From Eledone cirrhosa (lineage: Eukaryota), in NCBI GenBank assembly GCA_964016885.1, contig OZ024741.1, positions 167,462,001-167,526,000 on the forward strand: a stretch of DNA of 64,000 nucleotides, given 5' to 3'. The translations under genes were made by a program, and so were the position numbers. Below the pieces are notes generated by a model. That model was not told the origin of the DNA. It ran no database searches and worked only from the letters and a program-made list of their open reading frames with translations. Positions 49,578 through 62,837 of this stretch are shown here, piece by piece; the stretch's first letter is position 1; the number at the start of each line of letters is the position of its first letter.

Positions 49578-52500
49578 CGGTATGTACACATTTCTTCTAA
49601 GTTTAATTTTACACCTAATTGTGTATGGTTGATGATATATTTAGTCAGTTTCCACATGCTGTCGAAATGTTGGATAAATATACTATATTGGGGCCACCGC
49701 GAAGAGGCCACTTTCGGTTATTTGTCGAAGATTTCTTCATAGGAGCCTTTCTTCTTATAGCTTCGTCTAATTGATTTTTTATATGGTTAATTATGCTAAT
49801 TGGAAGAAGAAACGGTATATATTTTATCTAATAATTCTAAAGACATGATTTATGATATATATATATATATATATATCATCATCATCATCATCATCATCAT
49901 CAGTATTTGTAATTTTAAGTGAGCACATATCACTTCCAAGTGAGAGTAGTGATTTCAGAGTAAACTCATGTCACTTTAACAAAACCTAAACTTAATTTAA
50001 TTTGGCAAGATAATGTATCTATCAAAGAGACAAAAATGTAGCAGGGAAGACTTTATCAGTTGGAGAATATGATATTAAACAAAATAAAATGGAAAGACCA
50101 CTCTTTTTAAATCACAATTGTAATAGCTAGTTTACTATGGAATTATTATTGCATTGATAAAACCTGACGGAGTATGTGGCTTCTAAAATCCTAGCACGAA
50201 TAGATTTTTTTTTTTGCTATCTAATCATTTAGAATTTAAATGCACTTTTTGTAATGTCTGGACATAGACATAGAACATCTAGTGAACAGTGAACCAAGAA
50301 AACAAGTGTCTAACATTGCTTGCAGTCAACTCAGAGATGGTAGTGATCATGGATTGGTGCTATTGCCAGATTTGCATTTGTAAAAACTGGAAAATATTAC
50401 AATCACATGAGTTTTTTTGCCTCATTATTTGGCTGATAAAAGGGCGGTGGATTGGCAGTATCAGTGGAGGGTCGGACGCCATGCTTTCCAGCGTAGTTAC
50501 GTCCCTTTACGATCTGAGTTCAAATCCCGCCGAGGTTGACTTTGCCTTTCATCCTTACGGGGTCGATAAAATAAAGTACCAGTAATGCACTGGGTATTTG
50601 CTGGCCTTGTGCCTAAAGTAGAAACAATTATTTGGCTGATAAAAACTTATAATTATCCTCACATATATCTCTCATGAGCATAGGATGTGGCATACACCCA
50701 GTCAAGCCGCCAGCCCACACTGTAAAGTGGTTGTGATGGCGACACATCAAAAAGTGCCCAGCTCAAACTGTAAAGTGGTAATGACAAAAATCCCCCAACA
50801 CACTGTAAATGTGGTGGGCATTAAAGGCATCCAGTCGTAGAAACCAAGCAAGAAACAGTTCTGTGTGAGCAAGTCACAGTCACTTGACCCAACCTGCCTC
50901 AAACGGGACAACTCATCTAACCCATGCTAGCATGGAAAAATGGATATTAAATGGTGATGATGATGATGAACCAGGCAAGTTCACATTGTTTGATATTACA
51001 AATTATGATACAATCTTATTTCATGTTCTGTTCATCTCTTAGAATATCATAGTGAAATCCTTGTGTGTTCATCTCATTTTAAATTGGCAAGGTCTCACTT
51101 TGAACTGATATGTGCTTATTTAGATGTGTACAAATACTGCGGATGAAATGTGATTATTTTCCAAGATATTAATTACACGGATGAACCAATAAATAAACAG
51201 TAGATCTCCCATTAACCTTAACACCTGGCTATGATACTATTATCTCTTTAAACTAGTCGAACATGTAATTCAATTTAGAAGATCCTGTCTTTTTGCCAGA
51301 TTAAAATAGGGGTCAATAAAATGGCTGATGTCACCACCCACTTCTCGGGAAAAGGGGACTACAGAGGAAGTTGATAGACATTTGTATAAGAAATGAAAAT
51401 ACATAAAATAATACAACAAAATAAAACTTTCTTATACAGGTTTCTGATTCATATATAATTAGTCTTTATCACAAAAGAACCAAACTCCCACTGTTGCTAC
51501 CTCCATCTTTCCCGCTCTCCCCAGTTCTCACTATTGTGAGCAAATAGAGGCCCACACACTGGCCACCCCATAGACTGGAGGACAGAACAGTGGCATTTCC
51601 ATGGAGGATGGTGAGGGAGACACGCTGGAAGAGCTATTCCGGCTCACACCTGTGGGTAGCCAACTCTGTGCCGTTGGTGGTAAACAGGGAGAACCCGTTT
51701 ACTGATATATGTCTTTACTTATTTTTGTACATACCTGGTGTCAATGAAGTGGAAGCGGTCAAAGATTCCAGGAAAGGGTTGATGGGCTAAAATATTGGGG
51801 ATCCTTGTTCTAAAACATTGAACTTTAAATTGACATTTCCTATTTTAAAAGCAGTAAGTCTTTAAAATATGGATTATATCACATAGAAGTTGAATATTTT
51901 CAAGTTGGGGGCCCACCTTAGGGTATAGTCTACCTGGTCAATTACACTTCAGCATATTGTCTACCTGGTCATTTACAATTGAGTGTGTGGTTTACCTGGT
52001 CATTTACAGTTCAGTGTGTGGTCTACCTGGTCATTTACAATTTATTGTGTGGTCTACTTGGTAATTTATAGTCCAGTGTGGTCTACCTGGTCATTTACAC
52101 TTCAGTATGAGGTCTACCTGGTCATTTTCACTTCAGTGTGTGGTCTACCTGGTCATTTTCACTTCAGTGTGTGGTCTACCTGGTCATTTACACTTCAGTG
52201 TGTGGTCCACCTTGTCATTTACACTTCAGTATGAGGTCTACCTTGTCATTTACTCTTCAGTGTGTGGTCTACCTGGTCATTTACACTTTAGTATGAGGTC
52301 TACCTTGTCATTTACACTTTAGTATGAGGTCCACCTTGTCATTTACACTTCAGTATGAGGTCTACCTTGTCATTTACTCTTCAGTGTGTGGTCTACCTGG
52401 TCATTTACACTTTAGTATGAGGTCTACCTTGTCATTTACACTTCAGTATGAGGTCTACCTTGTCATTTACTCTTCAGTGTGTGGTCTACCTGGTCATTTA

Positions 52501-55500
52501 CACTTCAGTATGAGGTCTACCTTGTCATTTACACTTCAGTATGAGGTCTACCTTGTCATTTACACTTCAGTATGAGGTCTACCTTGTCATTTACACTTCA
52601 GTGTGTGGTCTACCTGGTCATTTACAGTTCAGTGTGTGGTCCACCTTGTCATTTACACTTCAGTATGAGGTCTACCTTGTCATTTACACTTCAGTGTGTG
52701 GTCCACCTTGTCATTTACACTTCAGTGTGAGGTCTACCTTGTCATTTACACTTCAGTGTGAGGTCTACCTTGTCATTTACACTTCAGTGTGAGGTCTACC
52801 TTGTCATTTACACTTCAGTGTGAGGTCTACCTTGTCATTTACACTTCAGTATGAGGTCTACCTGGTCATTTACAGTTCAGTGTGTGGTCCACCTTGTCAT
52901 TTACACTTCAGTATGAGGTCTACCTTGTCATTTACACTTCAGTATGAGGTCTACCTGGTCATTTACAGTTCAGTGTGTGGTCCACCTTGTCATTTACACT
53001 TCAGTATGAGGTCTACCTTGTCATTTACACTTCAGTGTGTGGTCTACCTGGTCATTTACAGTTCAGTGTGTGGTCTACCTTGTCATTTACACTTCAGTGT
53101 GTGGTCTACCCAGTCATTTACAGTTCAGTGTGTGGTCCACCTTGTCATTTACACTTCAGTATGAGGTCTACCTTGTCATTTACACTTCAGTATGAGGTCT
53201 ACCTTGTCATTTACACTTCAGTATGAGGTCTACCTTGTCATTTACACTTCAGTATGAGGTCTACCTTGTCATTTACACTTCTGTGTGTGGTCCACCTGGT
53301 CATTTACACTTCAGTGTGTGGTCTACCTTGTCATTTACACTTCAGTGTGTGGTCTACCTTGTCATTTACACTTCAGTGTGTGGTCTACCTTGTCATTTAC
53401 ACTTCAGTGTGTGGTCTACCCAGCCATTTACACTTCAGTGTGTGGTCTACCTTGTCATTTACACTTCAGTATGAGGTCTACCTTGTCATTTACTCTTTAG
53501 TGTGTGGTCTACCTGGTCATTTACACTTTAGTATGAGGTCCACCTTGTCATTTACAGTTCAGTGTGTGGTCTACCTGGTCATTTACACTTCAGTATGAGG
53601 TCTACCTTGTCATTTACAGTTCAGTGTGTGGTCTACCTGGTCATTTACACTTCAGTATGAGGTCCACCTTGTCATTTACACTTCAGTGTGTGGTCCACCT
53701 TGTCATTTACACTTCAGTGTGTGGTCCACCTTGTCATTTACACTTCAGTGTGTGGTCCACCTTGTCATTTACACTTCAGTGTGTGGTCCACCTTGTCATT
53801 TACACTTCAGTGTGTGGTCCACCTTGTCATTTACACTTCAGTGTGTGGTCTACCTTGTCATTTACATTTCAGTGTGTGGTCTACCTGGTCATTTACACTT
53901 CAGTGTGTGGTCTACCTGGTCATTTACAGTTCAGTGTGTGGTCTACCTGGTCATTTACACTTCAGTATGAGGTCTACCTTGTCATTTACATTTCAGTGTG
54001 TGGTCTACCTGGTCATTTACACTTCAGTGTGTGGTCTACCTGGTCATTTACACTTCAGTGTGTGGTATACCTGGTCATTTACACTTCAGTGTGTGGTCTA
54101 CCTGGTCATTTACATTTCAGTGTGTGGTCTACCCAGTCATTTACACTTCAGTATGCAGTCTACCTGGTCATTTACACTTCAGTGTGTGGTCTACCCAGTC
54201 ATTTACACTTCAGTATGTGGTCTACCCAGTCATTTACAGTTCAGTATGTGGTCTACCTGGTCATTTACAGTTCAGTGTGTGGTCTACCTGGTCATTTACA
54301 ATTCAGTGTGTAGTCTACCTTGTCATTTGTCATTTAGAGTTCAGTGTGTGGTCTACCTTGTCATTTACACTTCAGTGTGTGGTCTACCTTGTCATTTACA
54401 CTTCAGTGTGTGGTCCACCTTGTCATTTACACTTCAGTGTGTGGTCTACCCAGTCATTTACAGTTCAGTGTGTGGTCTACCTTGTCATTTACAGTTCAGT
54501 GTGTGGTCTACCTTGTCATTTACACTTCAGTATGCAGTCTACCTCATTTTTTACAGATCCTCATGCAGTCTACTTCAACTAGAAAAACTTTATATTGCAT
54601 GTTAATAAAATCAAGTTGAATAAGGATTTATTATATAGTCATCATTTTGAGGAGGATATTGATGTGTATGTTGGTTGATTGTCATATTAGGACAGGTCAA
54701 GATGGTGACATTGGTGTTGATTGATTGCTCTTTTATATAGACAGGCCAGGATATTGATGTAGGTGTTTAATGTCATATCAAGAAAGATATCGATGAGGAT
54801 ATAGGTTGATTGTAATTGGATATTGATGTGAGGTCATTACGTGGTGTAGACTGCAAATACTGTGGGAGGCAACACACTACAGTGGCAGCAATAAATCTGT
54901 ACATAGTTGTAAGAGTTGATTGCCAGGTTACATAGACAAGTCAGATAATGATGTGGGTGTTGGTTCATTGCTATATTACATAGACAGGTCAGGAAACAAA
55001 TGTGGGTGTTGAGTAATTGCACTATTACATAGACAGGTCAGGAAACAGATGTGGGTGTTGATAGACTGACATTATATAGACAGGTCAGGAAATAGATGTG
55101 GTGTTGGTTAATTGCCATATTACAGACAGGTCAGGAAACAGATGTGGGTGCTGGTTGATTTCCCTTTTATATAGTCAGGTTAAGTAAAAAAAGGTAAGCA
55201 CAAGTAATATATTCATAATATGAATAGTGACAAAAGTACAAAATTGGCTGAGGTATTGGTAGAGTGGTCAGGTCACTACACAGCTTAGGTCTCAGTAGAG
55301 TGGTCAAGTTAGTAAGTAGCCGAGTCTTGTTAGAGTGGTCAGGTTACTACATAGCTGAGGTCTCGGTAGAGTGGTTAGGTTATTACACAGCTGAGGTTTC
55401 AGTGTGGTCAAGTTCGTATATATCTGACGTCTTGGTAGAGTGGTCAGGTCATTACACAGCTGAGGTCTTGGTAGAAAGTTCATAACAGATAAAATCACGT

Positions 55501-56910
55501 CGTTACACAGCTGAGGCCATAGACATGCGAGGTCATTACGCGGTGTAGACTGCAAATACTGTGGGAGGCAACACACTACAGCGGCAGCAACAAATCTGTA
55601 CATAGTTTCTTAACCAGTGAGAAATTACAGCCTAATCTCCCTCAAAACATACTCTATTGTCTTTCAAAAAAAATGGTCGTATTGAATATTAAAGTTCATC
55701 ATACATTATATCTACGAAAAACAATTAAAAAACGGGATGGTCACAGTTGGAACGCTTAACCAGAGTTGACGTGTGGCTAAATAATATTACACCCAACCGG
55801 GTGTAATTTGAGAAAAATTTGGCTGCTATTTCTGGAAGGTCGAGTGTTAATCCGCGTGACTCAATGGCAAAAGGTGAAATTATAGAAGAGTGTAACGGTT
55901 ACAAGGTTTGAGTGGAATCAGAAATCCGAAGTTAAAGAAACCGTGATACGAGAAAGACATGGATAATGAATAAAAATGTAATATTTATATTGAAGAATGA
56001 TAATTATATATATTTATATATATATAATGTATGTATGTATGTGTAAGGCAAAGAAATAAATTAACTACTAATTAATATAATTATATATAGACGATGTTAT
56101 AAAATGAGAATTTTACAAAAAAAAGGGGGAGAGGGTCTAATTTAGACACAAGAGTAGGAATTTAGAGGAGAAGATCGATTAAATCAACCTGAGTACTTGA
56201 TTCGGACTTTATTTTATCGGACCTAGGAGGATAAAAAGGGATTTGAACTCAGAATGTAAAGAACCAGAAACAAATAGGTATTTGTCAAAATAAATAAATA
56301 AGAAGATAAAGGAAAAGAGCCGATCGCCAGATCGGACCAAGGAAACAATGTTCCCACTAGTCTCTCCATTGCTGATACTATCTGCCAGTCGCAACACCTC
56401 GCACAAGTCGGCAGGATTTGAACACAGAAAGTATCGTTAACATTCCGCCAATCCACCCTTCCTGGACAGTTGTTTTATTTTTCGACCCCGAAAGGAAGAA
56501 AGGCAAAGTTGACTTAGAGCGCAGCGAATTGGGAGGAATATCAACGCCCAAATGACTGCCATTTCATCCCTATTTGTCCAAACAGATAAATATCTTTGAA
56601 CAGTCTCAGAAAAAAATAAATCGTTTTGTGAATAAAAAAAAAAGTAAGTAAATTATGAAGAGAAAGACGTGATAATAAAGTAAAAAGTGTAATGATGGAT
56701 GGCCGCGTAAAGCGAACTAGGAACTGAAAATGTTCGAGGCTCAAGCATATTTTTTGTTTTCTTTTCTTTCTTCCCTCTAGTTACTTTCAGCAAATAATAA
56801 CTCTTTTTCTAGCTTTATAACAGCAAAAATAATAACAAATAAATAAATAAATAATAATGTGGGGTTGATGTTTCCAATGATATATGCATATTTTATATAT
56901 ATATATATAC

Positions 56911-56943
<33 letters not shown>

Positions 56944-57132
56944 CATGTGTGTATATATATATATATATATATACATGTGTGTATATATATATAGTTTGGT
57001 GAAGAAGCAGAATGACTTACTTTGTTGAGTAATTTCCTCAGCGTCTATGACTGTACATCGAAGATTCCTTAACATCTCTGTGACAGTAGTCTTTCCAGAG
57101 GCAATACCACCCGTTAAGCCGACCAAATACAT
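45537..57132 (-). CDS. DCAKD: Dephospho-CoA kinase domain-containing protein (DCAKD-like), 230 aa, C-terminal hydrophobic tail
   Basis: Exons 57132-57021, 49231-49028, 47527-47440 and 45825-45537 (112+204+88+289 = 693 nt, GT-AG, in frame). P-loop [14 protein letters not shown], then IPLLFE, IVDNS and a C-terminal TM-like segment. Confidence 0.9.
47113..47331 (-). mobile_element. piggyBac-type MITE nested in a second TTAA-type element (~46960-47392)
   Basis: TTAA flanks and TIR. The host ends GGTATCAAAAGGATTAA; related ends occur at ~3456, ~27731 and ~57966. Confidence 0.75.
47440..47527 (-). CDS. DCAKD: DCAKD-like exon 3
   Basis: [29 protein letters not shown]; AG/GT flanks. Confidence 0.88.
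48525..48840 (-). mobile_element. SINE fragments
   Basis: Reverse-complement family core. Confidence 0.75.
49028..49231 (-). CDS. DCAKD: DCAKD-like exon 2
   Basis: [46 protein letters not shown]. Confidence 0.88.
50445..50632 (+). mobile_element. SINE, full length, close to the family consensus seen in this window
   Basis: GGCGGTGGATTGGCAGTATC head, GAGTTCAAATCCCGCC B-box, core, tail. Confidence 0.9.
51923..54550. repeat. 31-bp minisatellite, ~85 units, consensus AGTGTGTGGTCTACCTTGTCATTTACACTTC, in DCAKD intron 1
   Basis: Clear 31-bp period; explains the many repetitive ORFs at 51983-54619. Confidence 0.97.
54660..55180. repeat. Degenerate ~48-bp tandem repeat
   Basis: GACAGGTCAGGAAA at ~54983, 55032, 55079 and 55125. 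Confidence 0.75.
55245..55520. repeat. Degenerate ~36-bp tandem repeat; an 80-bp segment is duplicated at 54831-54910 and 55530-55608
   Basis: CAGCTGAGGTCTCGGTAGAGTGGTCAGGTTATTACA-like units. Confidence 0.75.
57021..57132 (-). CDS. DCAKD: DCAKD-like exon 1 (P-loop)
   Basis: [27 protein letters not shown]; A|GTAAGT donor. Confidence 0.92.
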
Positions 57133-58049
57133 GTTTGTCTTGTACTCTACTCACAAACACCCAACAGTAGGACCGATAAGATAAAATTATAACGGAAAGT
57201 TACAGAAGAAAACGAAAGTAAATAAGGTTTTAACAGAGCTTTCTCTCTATATCTTTCTATCTGTGAAACTGACGTTCATTTGAAGAAAAAAAAAAGATAC
57301 AAATTATTTAGAAGATTTCTCGACCTTTTTGTAAAGATTTCTTCAGTGTTATTATAGCTTCTTTGTTTTTCAAAGCTATAGTTTGTTTTAAATAATATTT
57401 TGCTTAATAAATAAGATTTACAAGTTGACAGAAACAAGTCCGAAGAAACCAAGTAGAAAAAAAAACAAAATATTTCCGGTGCCAACCTAAATATGTTGCT
57501 GGCAAAATCTTGACGCTTGAAAATATTCAGTAGGCGAAATCGATAAAAAGAAACAAAAGATAATATGTTGAATAAACTTGTTAATAAAAGAAAAAGCACT
57601 GTTTAAAAAGTTTTTAAAAGATTGAAATATTTAAAAGAAAGCAAATAAAAACGATTAGAAGAATAAAATACAACTATGTTTAAAATAGGATCAATAAAGA
57701 GTTATTTTAACCGTTCAGAAAAACATAATATAATATAATATATTATGAGGGTTAATTAATTAATCAATCAATCCATCAGAGAGTTATTTAGCTGCACGGA
57801 TTGAGTAATTTACAACTACATAGAGCGCAAAGTGAAAAGGAATTCATGCACGCAAACATTCATAGTTTTACTAACAGAAAATGAATCAAACGCTCTGCTC
57901 TACTCCAGTCCGAGTTAAATTATTGAAGAATTTAAAATATCTAACTGGATGAAGCCCAAGTTATGTTAACCCTTTCGTTACCATATTTCAAAAGAAAATA
58001 CTGTCTCTATTGATTTTCAAATAATTTTGAAAATAATCAAGAATTCGAA

Positions 58050-58665
58050 GGAACAGAATCGTTAAGGAGTCGGACAAAATGCTTCGTGATATTTATTCTT
58101 ACGTCTTACGTTCCGAGTTCAAATCCCGTCGAGGTCAACTTTGCTTTTTATCCTTCCAGGTTGGATGAAATATAGTACCAGCCAAGGACTAAGGTCGATT
58201 TAATCGACTTTACCCTCTCACTTAAAATTGCTGGCCTTGGGCCTAAACTGGAAACCATTAAGATGGAGTTTTCAACATAACTTAACAAAGGTGTTTATAT
58301 AAAATTATGATGGAAGATTTTTTAACTCTTTCGTTGCCATATTTCTTATGAAAGACCCTGCCTATGATTTTAAAATAATTTTGAAAATAATCTAGAATTT
58401 CGAGGTATTTAGTAATATAACTAACTTTCTCATTATTAAGCTGATGTAGTGCGGTGCATTGGTAGAATCATTAGTGTTGGGAAACTGCTTTGCAGAATTT
58501 GTTCCAGCTCTTTATGTTCTGAGTTCAGATCCTGCCAAGGCCAACTTTGGCTTTCATTTCAAGGTCAACAAAATAATGTACCAGTAAAGTACTGGAGTCA
58601 GGGAATAATTGACTTTCCCCTCAACACAAATTGCTGACGTTGTGCCTACATTAAAAAATCATTAT
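58050..58665 (+). mobile_element. Two diverged SINE copies among TTAA-type element fragments
   Basis: GAGTTCAAATCCCGTCGAGGTCAACTTTGC and a second degenerate core; TTAACCCTTTCGTTACCATATTTC-like ends at ~57966 and ~58322. Confidence 0.65.
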
Positions 58666-59081
58666 TAAGTTATTTGTAACATAACTTAAATCCTCAGGGA
58701 GATTCGATATTAAACAGTATTTAACAAGACTGTACCTTTGAATTACAGTTTTTGTCAACCAAATCATGTTCACAGGGCTTAGCTTGGCCCAAGACTATGG
58801 TAAATGACTATTGCTCAAGATGTCATGTGATGTGATCGAAACTGATACCTTAGGATTGTGAAGCAAATCTCTTAACCATTTAGCCATGTTGGGTCTATAA
58901 TCTTTATCTAAACTTTAAGTAGCTGCATGTGTTCTTGTTGCTGTCCAGGCATTTTGTCCAGTGGAGATTTTGTCGATATGCCCACAACCCAAACCAGTGC
59001 AGGAGAAAGGCCATAGAACAGAATTAGGAAAGGAAATAAAACACATGAGATATCAAATAATCTCCATTCCATCTGCAGTGG

Positions 59082-59281
59082 NNNNNNNNNNNNNNNNNNN
59101 NNNNNNNNNNNNNNNNNNNNNNNNNNNNNNNNNNNNNNNNNNNNNNNNNNNNNNNNNNNNNNNNNNNNNNNNNNNNNNNNNNNNNNNNNNNNNNNNNNNN
59201 NNNNNNNNNNNNNNNNNNNNNNNNNNNNNNNNNNNNNNNNNNNNNNNNNNNNNNNNNNNNNNNNNNNNNNNNNNNNNNNNN
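59082..59281. other. Assembly gap (200 N)
   Basis: Run of N. Confidence 1.
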
Positions 59282-59475
59282 TAGAAAGTGAGTTTTTTTA
59301 CAAAATGAAAAAAAAAACGAGGTGTCCTACACGAGTAAAAGTATAAGGAAAAAAGATGAAATGGAAAATGCAACTGGAGTCTTTTTTTATAAAAATATAT
59401 ATTTATTTGGTTCCTTTACCGGTTTCACAGTTCTGCTTTTCGAAAGTAGAATTGAGATGGAGGGTTTGTGGTTTT

Positions 59476-59511
<36 letters not shown>

Positions 59512-59584
59512 CAAATAACAACACAATCGGTACAGTATATGGAAAGGATATATTAGGTTAACGTTTGATATAACAGGAAGAGGG

Positions 59585-59620
59585 TCTTAACGTTTCAGAC
59601 GCTAGTCCTTCATCAGAAGA
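59585..59620 (-). ncRNA. Minimal type-I hammerhead ribozyme (Penelope-like terminal repeat, ~59480-59700)
   Basis: On -: TCTT-CTGATGA-A GGAC TAGC GTCT-GAAA-CG-T-T-AAGA. Loopless palindromic stem III; the element runs into (TA)n. Confidence 0.7.
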
Positions 59621-60627
59621 AAGAATGAGAAATAAGAAAGATTGAGGGGACGGGCGGGTTGGAATTGGAAAAAATGTCTTTAGATAAAAATAACAGATCC
59701 ATTCATGTTGACATCTCTTATTTATATATATATCTTTCAGGAAGAAAGTCTTTGTCACTAATATACTTGGACATCTCAATGAAAGAAATCAGAGCAGCAA
59801 TTAAAACATAGTTTAACTAGTGTTAAAACATCTATTGAGAGGATTCAAGCTAGACAAACTAATATTAGAAAGTTTTGCTCATATCATCTTCCTAACTGCA
59901 GTTTCTGGAATTAAGGAACAATATTAATTACCCCAATAAATTAGGACAGCCAATATTGAAAGAAATTCTTTTATCAGAGGGCTTCTTTGGATTTAGAAAA
60001 AATATTCAATAGATAGTAGACAGACTTTGTCATTATCAACAAACATTCGAGGTAGTGTGCAGGAGAGAAGACTACATTGGTTTGGACATGTGATGCACAT
60101 GGACAATGATACCAGGGAGGGGAGAGCAATGCCTATAACTTTTTGTGGGGCTTCCTTGTCTGGTGAGTGGGAGGGAGGAGGGTATCCTTAAACTGGGGGA
60201 ACTGGCCCTAATGTTTGCAACAGAGTTGACTCTACTAAAGAACCAAGTTGTGGAGATAAACTGGGTTTTGGATTATGTCTACCACACAAATAGGTTTCAA
60301 TCCACAGTGGTATTTGAACTCAGAATATAGGGAGCTGGAACAACTGGCACAAAGCATCTCACCAAGTACTTTAACAATCCCACCAAATCCATGGCATTTT
60401 TGACTGGCACTTTATTTTACCAACCCCAATACGATGAAAGGCAAAGCTAGAGAAAGTACACAGCTGAAGTAGGTCACATGTAATTTAGCTAATTGAAGTT
60501 TCCTAGTACTGTAACTTCATTCAAGGGTTGTCTATTACATTTTAACACAGAGACTGGATGATTATTGTAGGCAATTTTTGTATTAGTGCTATTGAGTAGG
60601 CTTAATTATTAACTGACAGGCAAATTA

Positions 60628-61277
60628 ACTTATAAAATTGATGTATGTGTCTGTGTGTGTGTTCGTGAGTTTGTTACTAGGTAAGTTGCATACACATTAT
60701 CTTCACACACGGACAATTAAACACACACACACATCTACACATACAGATACATATGTGATGACAGACAGGTGTGCGTGAATGTATGTCTGTGTGTGAGTGT
60801 ATGCGTGATATTTTTTATTTTCATTTGATCACATTTTGTATATGAATATGTGTCTTTGAGTGTGTGTGCGCGTGTTCATTAGGTCCGTGATTAAATACAC
60901 ACACACATCTACACATATGTAGCAACTGACCAAAAATGAGGTGAAAAGCTATGCGTGTGTCTGCGTGAATGTATGTCTGTGTGTGTCTGTCTTAGTATAT
61001 GTATATGAGAGTGTATATATGTGGGTGTGTAGCAACAATTTATTCATTTGGATACCAACAAAAAATTACACAATGAATATTGTTTACCCTAAGGTGCTTC
61101 AAGATTGATAGATATTCATTTCTAAATTTTATTATCATTACAATTTTGATATTTAAAAAAATAAAATATACATATTTTGAAATAATTATGAGAGAAAAAA
61201 ACAAATCTTCATATTTATTGTTTACTAATCTGAATAAGAACAGCAGTAACCCGGGCAACGCCGGGTAATTCAGCTAG
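60628..61277 (+). mobile_element. Non-autonomous Helitron (3' end clear, 5' end approximate)
   Basis: 3' hairpin ACCCGGGCAACGCCGGGT then CTAG|T at 61274-61277; GT-rich microsatellite interior. Confidence 0.65.
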
Positions 61278-62837
61278 TCAAATATAAAAATATCTAATTC
61301 ACAGTTTAATACATCTTATATAGGAAAAGAATCAGGTAAACTATCAAGCATTCTGTTAGATGTATGATATCGGGCAGTCTACTTGATCCAGTCATTTTTG
61401 TTCTCCCGTTATAATGGGATTAATAAGTAAATCCCCACCCCTGTGGATCCTTAAGCTTTTATTCACCCACAAGGACCACATTAAGAAGCCCTGGTTCAGA
61501 CAATTGACTTAGTTGTCACAGTCAAAATATTTTTTTCACTCTAAGACAAAAGTTCAGTTTTGAAATGTCAGATTTGTGTTCTCTCACATTACATATAAAC
61601 AAGTCCAAATTAAAGCAGCTAGGGTCTCTGAGTTAGAGAACATTTGGAATCCTGGGTATGAGAAAATTTGGGGTCCTTGGCTAGACCCCCAGCTTGCAAG
61701 AAACCTAATGAATGTAGGTCTACGCGAAGAACAATGCTGGAGTTTCAATATTGATCTATGCCAACCTCTAAAACACAAGTGGAAAAAAGAAATGCATTAA
61801 ATAACAATTATAATGATTTCTAATTCAGGCACAAGGCCAGTTATTTGGTGCTGGGGAAAGTCGATTGTACCAAACCTAGTACTTCACTGGTACTAACGAA
61901 AATGTTTTGTTTTGTATCTATATTTTAAGATAAATCTAAAATGGAACAGCATCCTCACTACTAGAAAATAAGGTTGCAATCCACTTAGCACATATATAAA
62001 TATGATACTGCATATAACCTGAGTATATAGTGCCCTAAATGTGCACCCCTTTTTTCACAGTTATACACCCTATTCTCCCAAATAAAATGATTTTATCTTG
62101 CAGTTTAGTAAACTGACAAACGTACGTTTTGACACTTCTTGCTCTGATGACACTAAGAGAATTACTAAGTCAACAGAAATGGTACTCCCCGTTTGGCTTT
62201 TTAGAGGTTGGCAATTCTGTTATAACATCATACGACCTCTCCACTGTTATGGATATTTTCACAACACTGATACGCGGCAAAGATGTTTAGCAATTTATTT
62301 ATTGATCAGAGGATTATATTATATGTGTATAGGTTAATTATAATTTTTTAATTATAAAACTGCGATCTTTTAAAATTCAGTAATGCGCCTCTCTGAGGTT
62401 TATGCCACGGGATGCTGCCAAGTTGGCTTTAATGGTAGTGCCAGCCTTGCTTACACACTTATGCCAACTCGCAATCTTCATTTTGCAATTTCTACCGACG
62501 CAGCAGCAGTTTCTTTGGATTTTGTTGTTGTATTTTATGTGTCATTAGTTATTTCTCTGTTTGTTTGTTTATATTATAGTTCTATTTCTTTTTTTGTTTG
62601 TTTGCTACTTGGTGTATACTATATTATTTATTACACCATGGTACGTAACACCTGATAGACGTGGAAACTTAAACAACTTTTATTAACAACAAACTGGTGC
62701 AAGTTTTATATTTTTATCAATAAGCAAATAAACTCAATCTTTTAAAACTTATTCTATTCATTCTCTAAGTTTCCTCCAAGGAAAAATAAACACTGTGCCG
62801 AGTCAACCCAAAACAACTTTTTACTATATGTATTTTA

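Noticed and set aside
49690-49820. Possible hammerhead (CGCGAAGAGGCC...GAAACGGTA) between (TA)n tracts
   Set aside because: The core does not match CTGANGA and I could not build convincing stems.
50445-50540. tRNA gene
   Set aside because: A/B-box-like head only, with no cloverleaf; it continues into the SINE body.
51923-54619. 31-bp array as a CRISPR array or as coding sequence
   Set aside because: Units are contiguous with no unique spacers, there are no cas genes, and the context is a eukaryotic intron. The ORFs simply cycle through the three frames of the unit.
58961-59373. ORFs spanning the N run
   Set aside because: Artefacts of the assembly gap.
62383-62655. 90-aa ORF with hydrophobic tail
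   Set aside because: Overlaps an interspersed repeat and T-rich low-complexity sequence; no recognisable domain.
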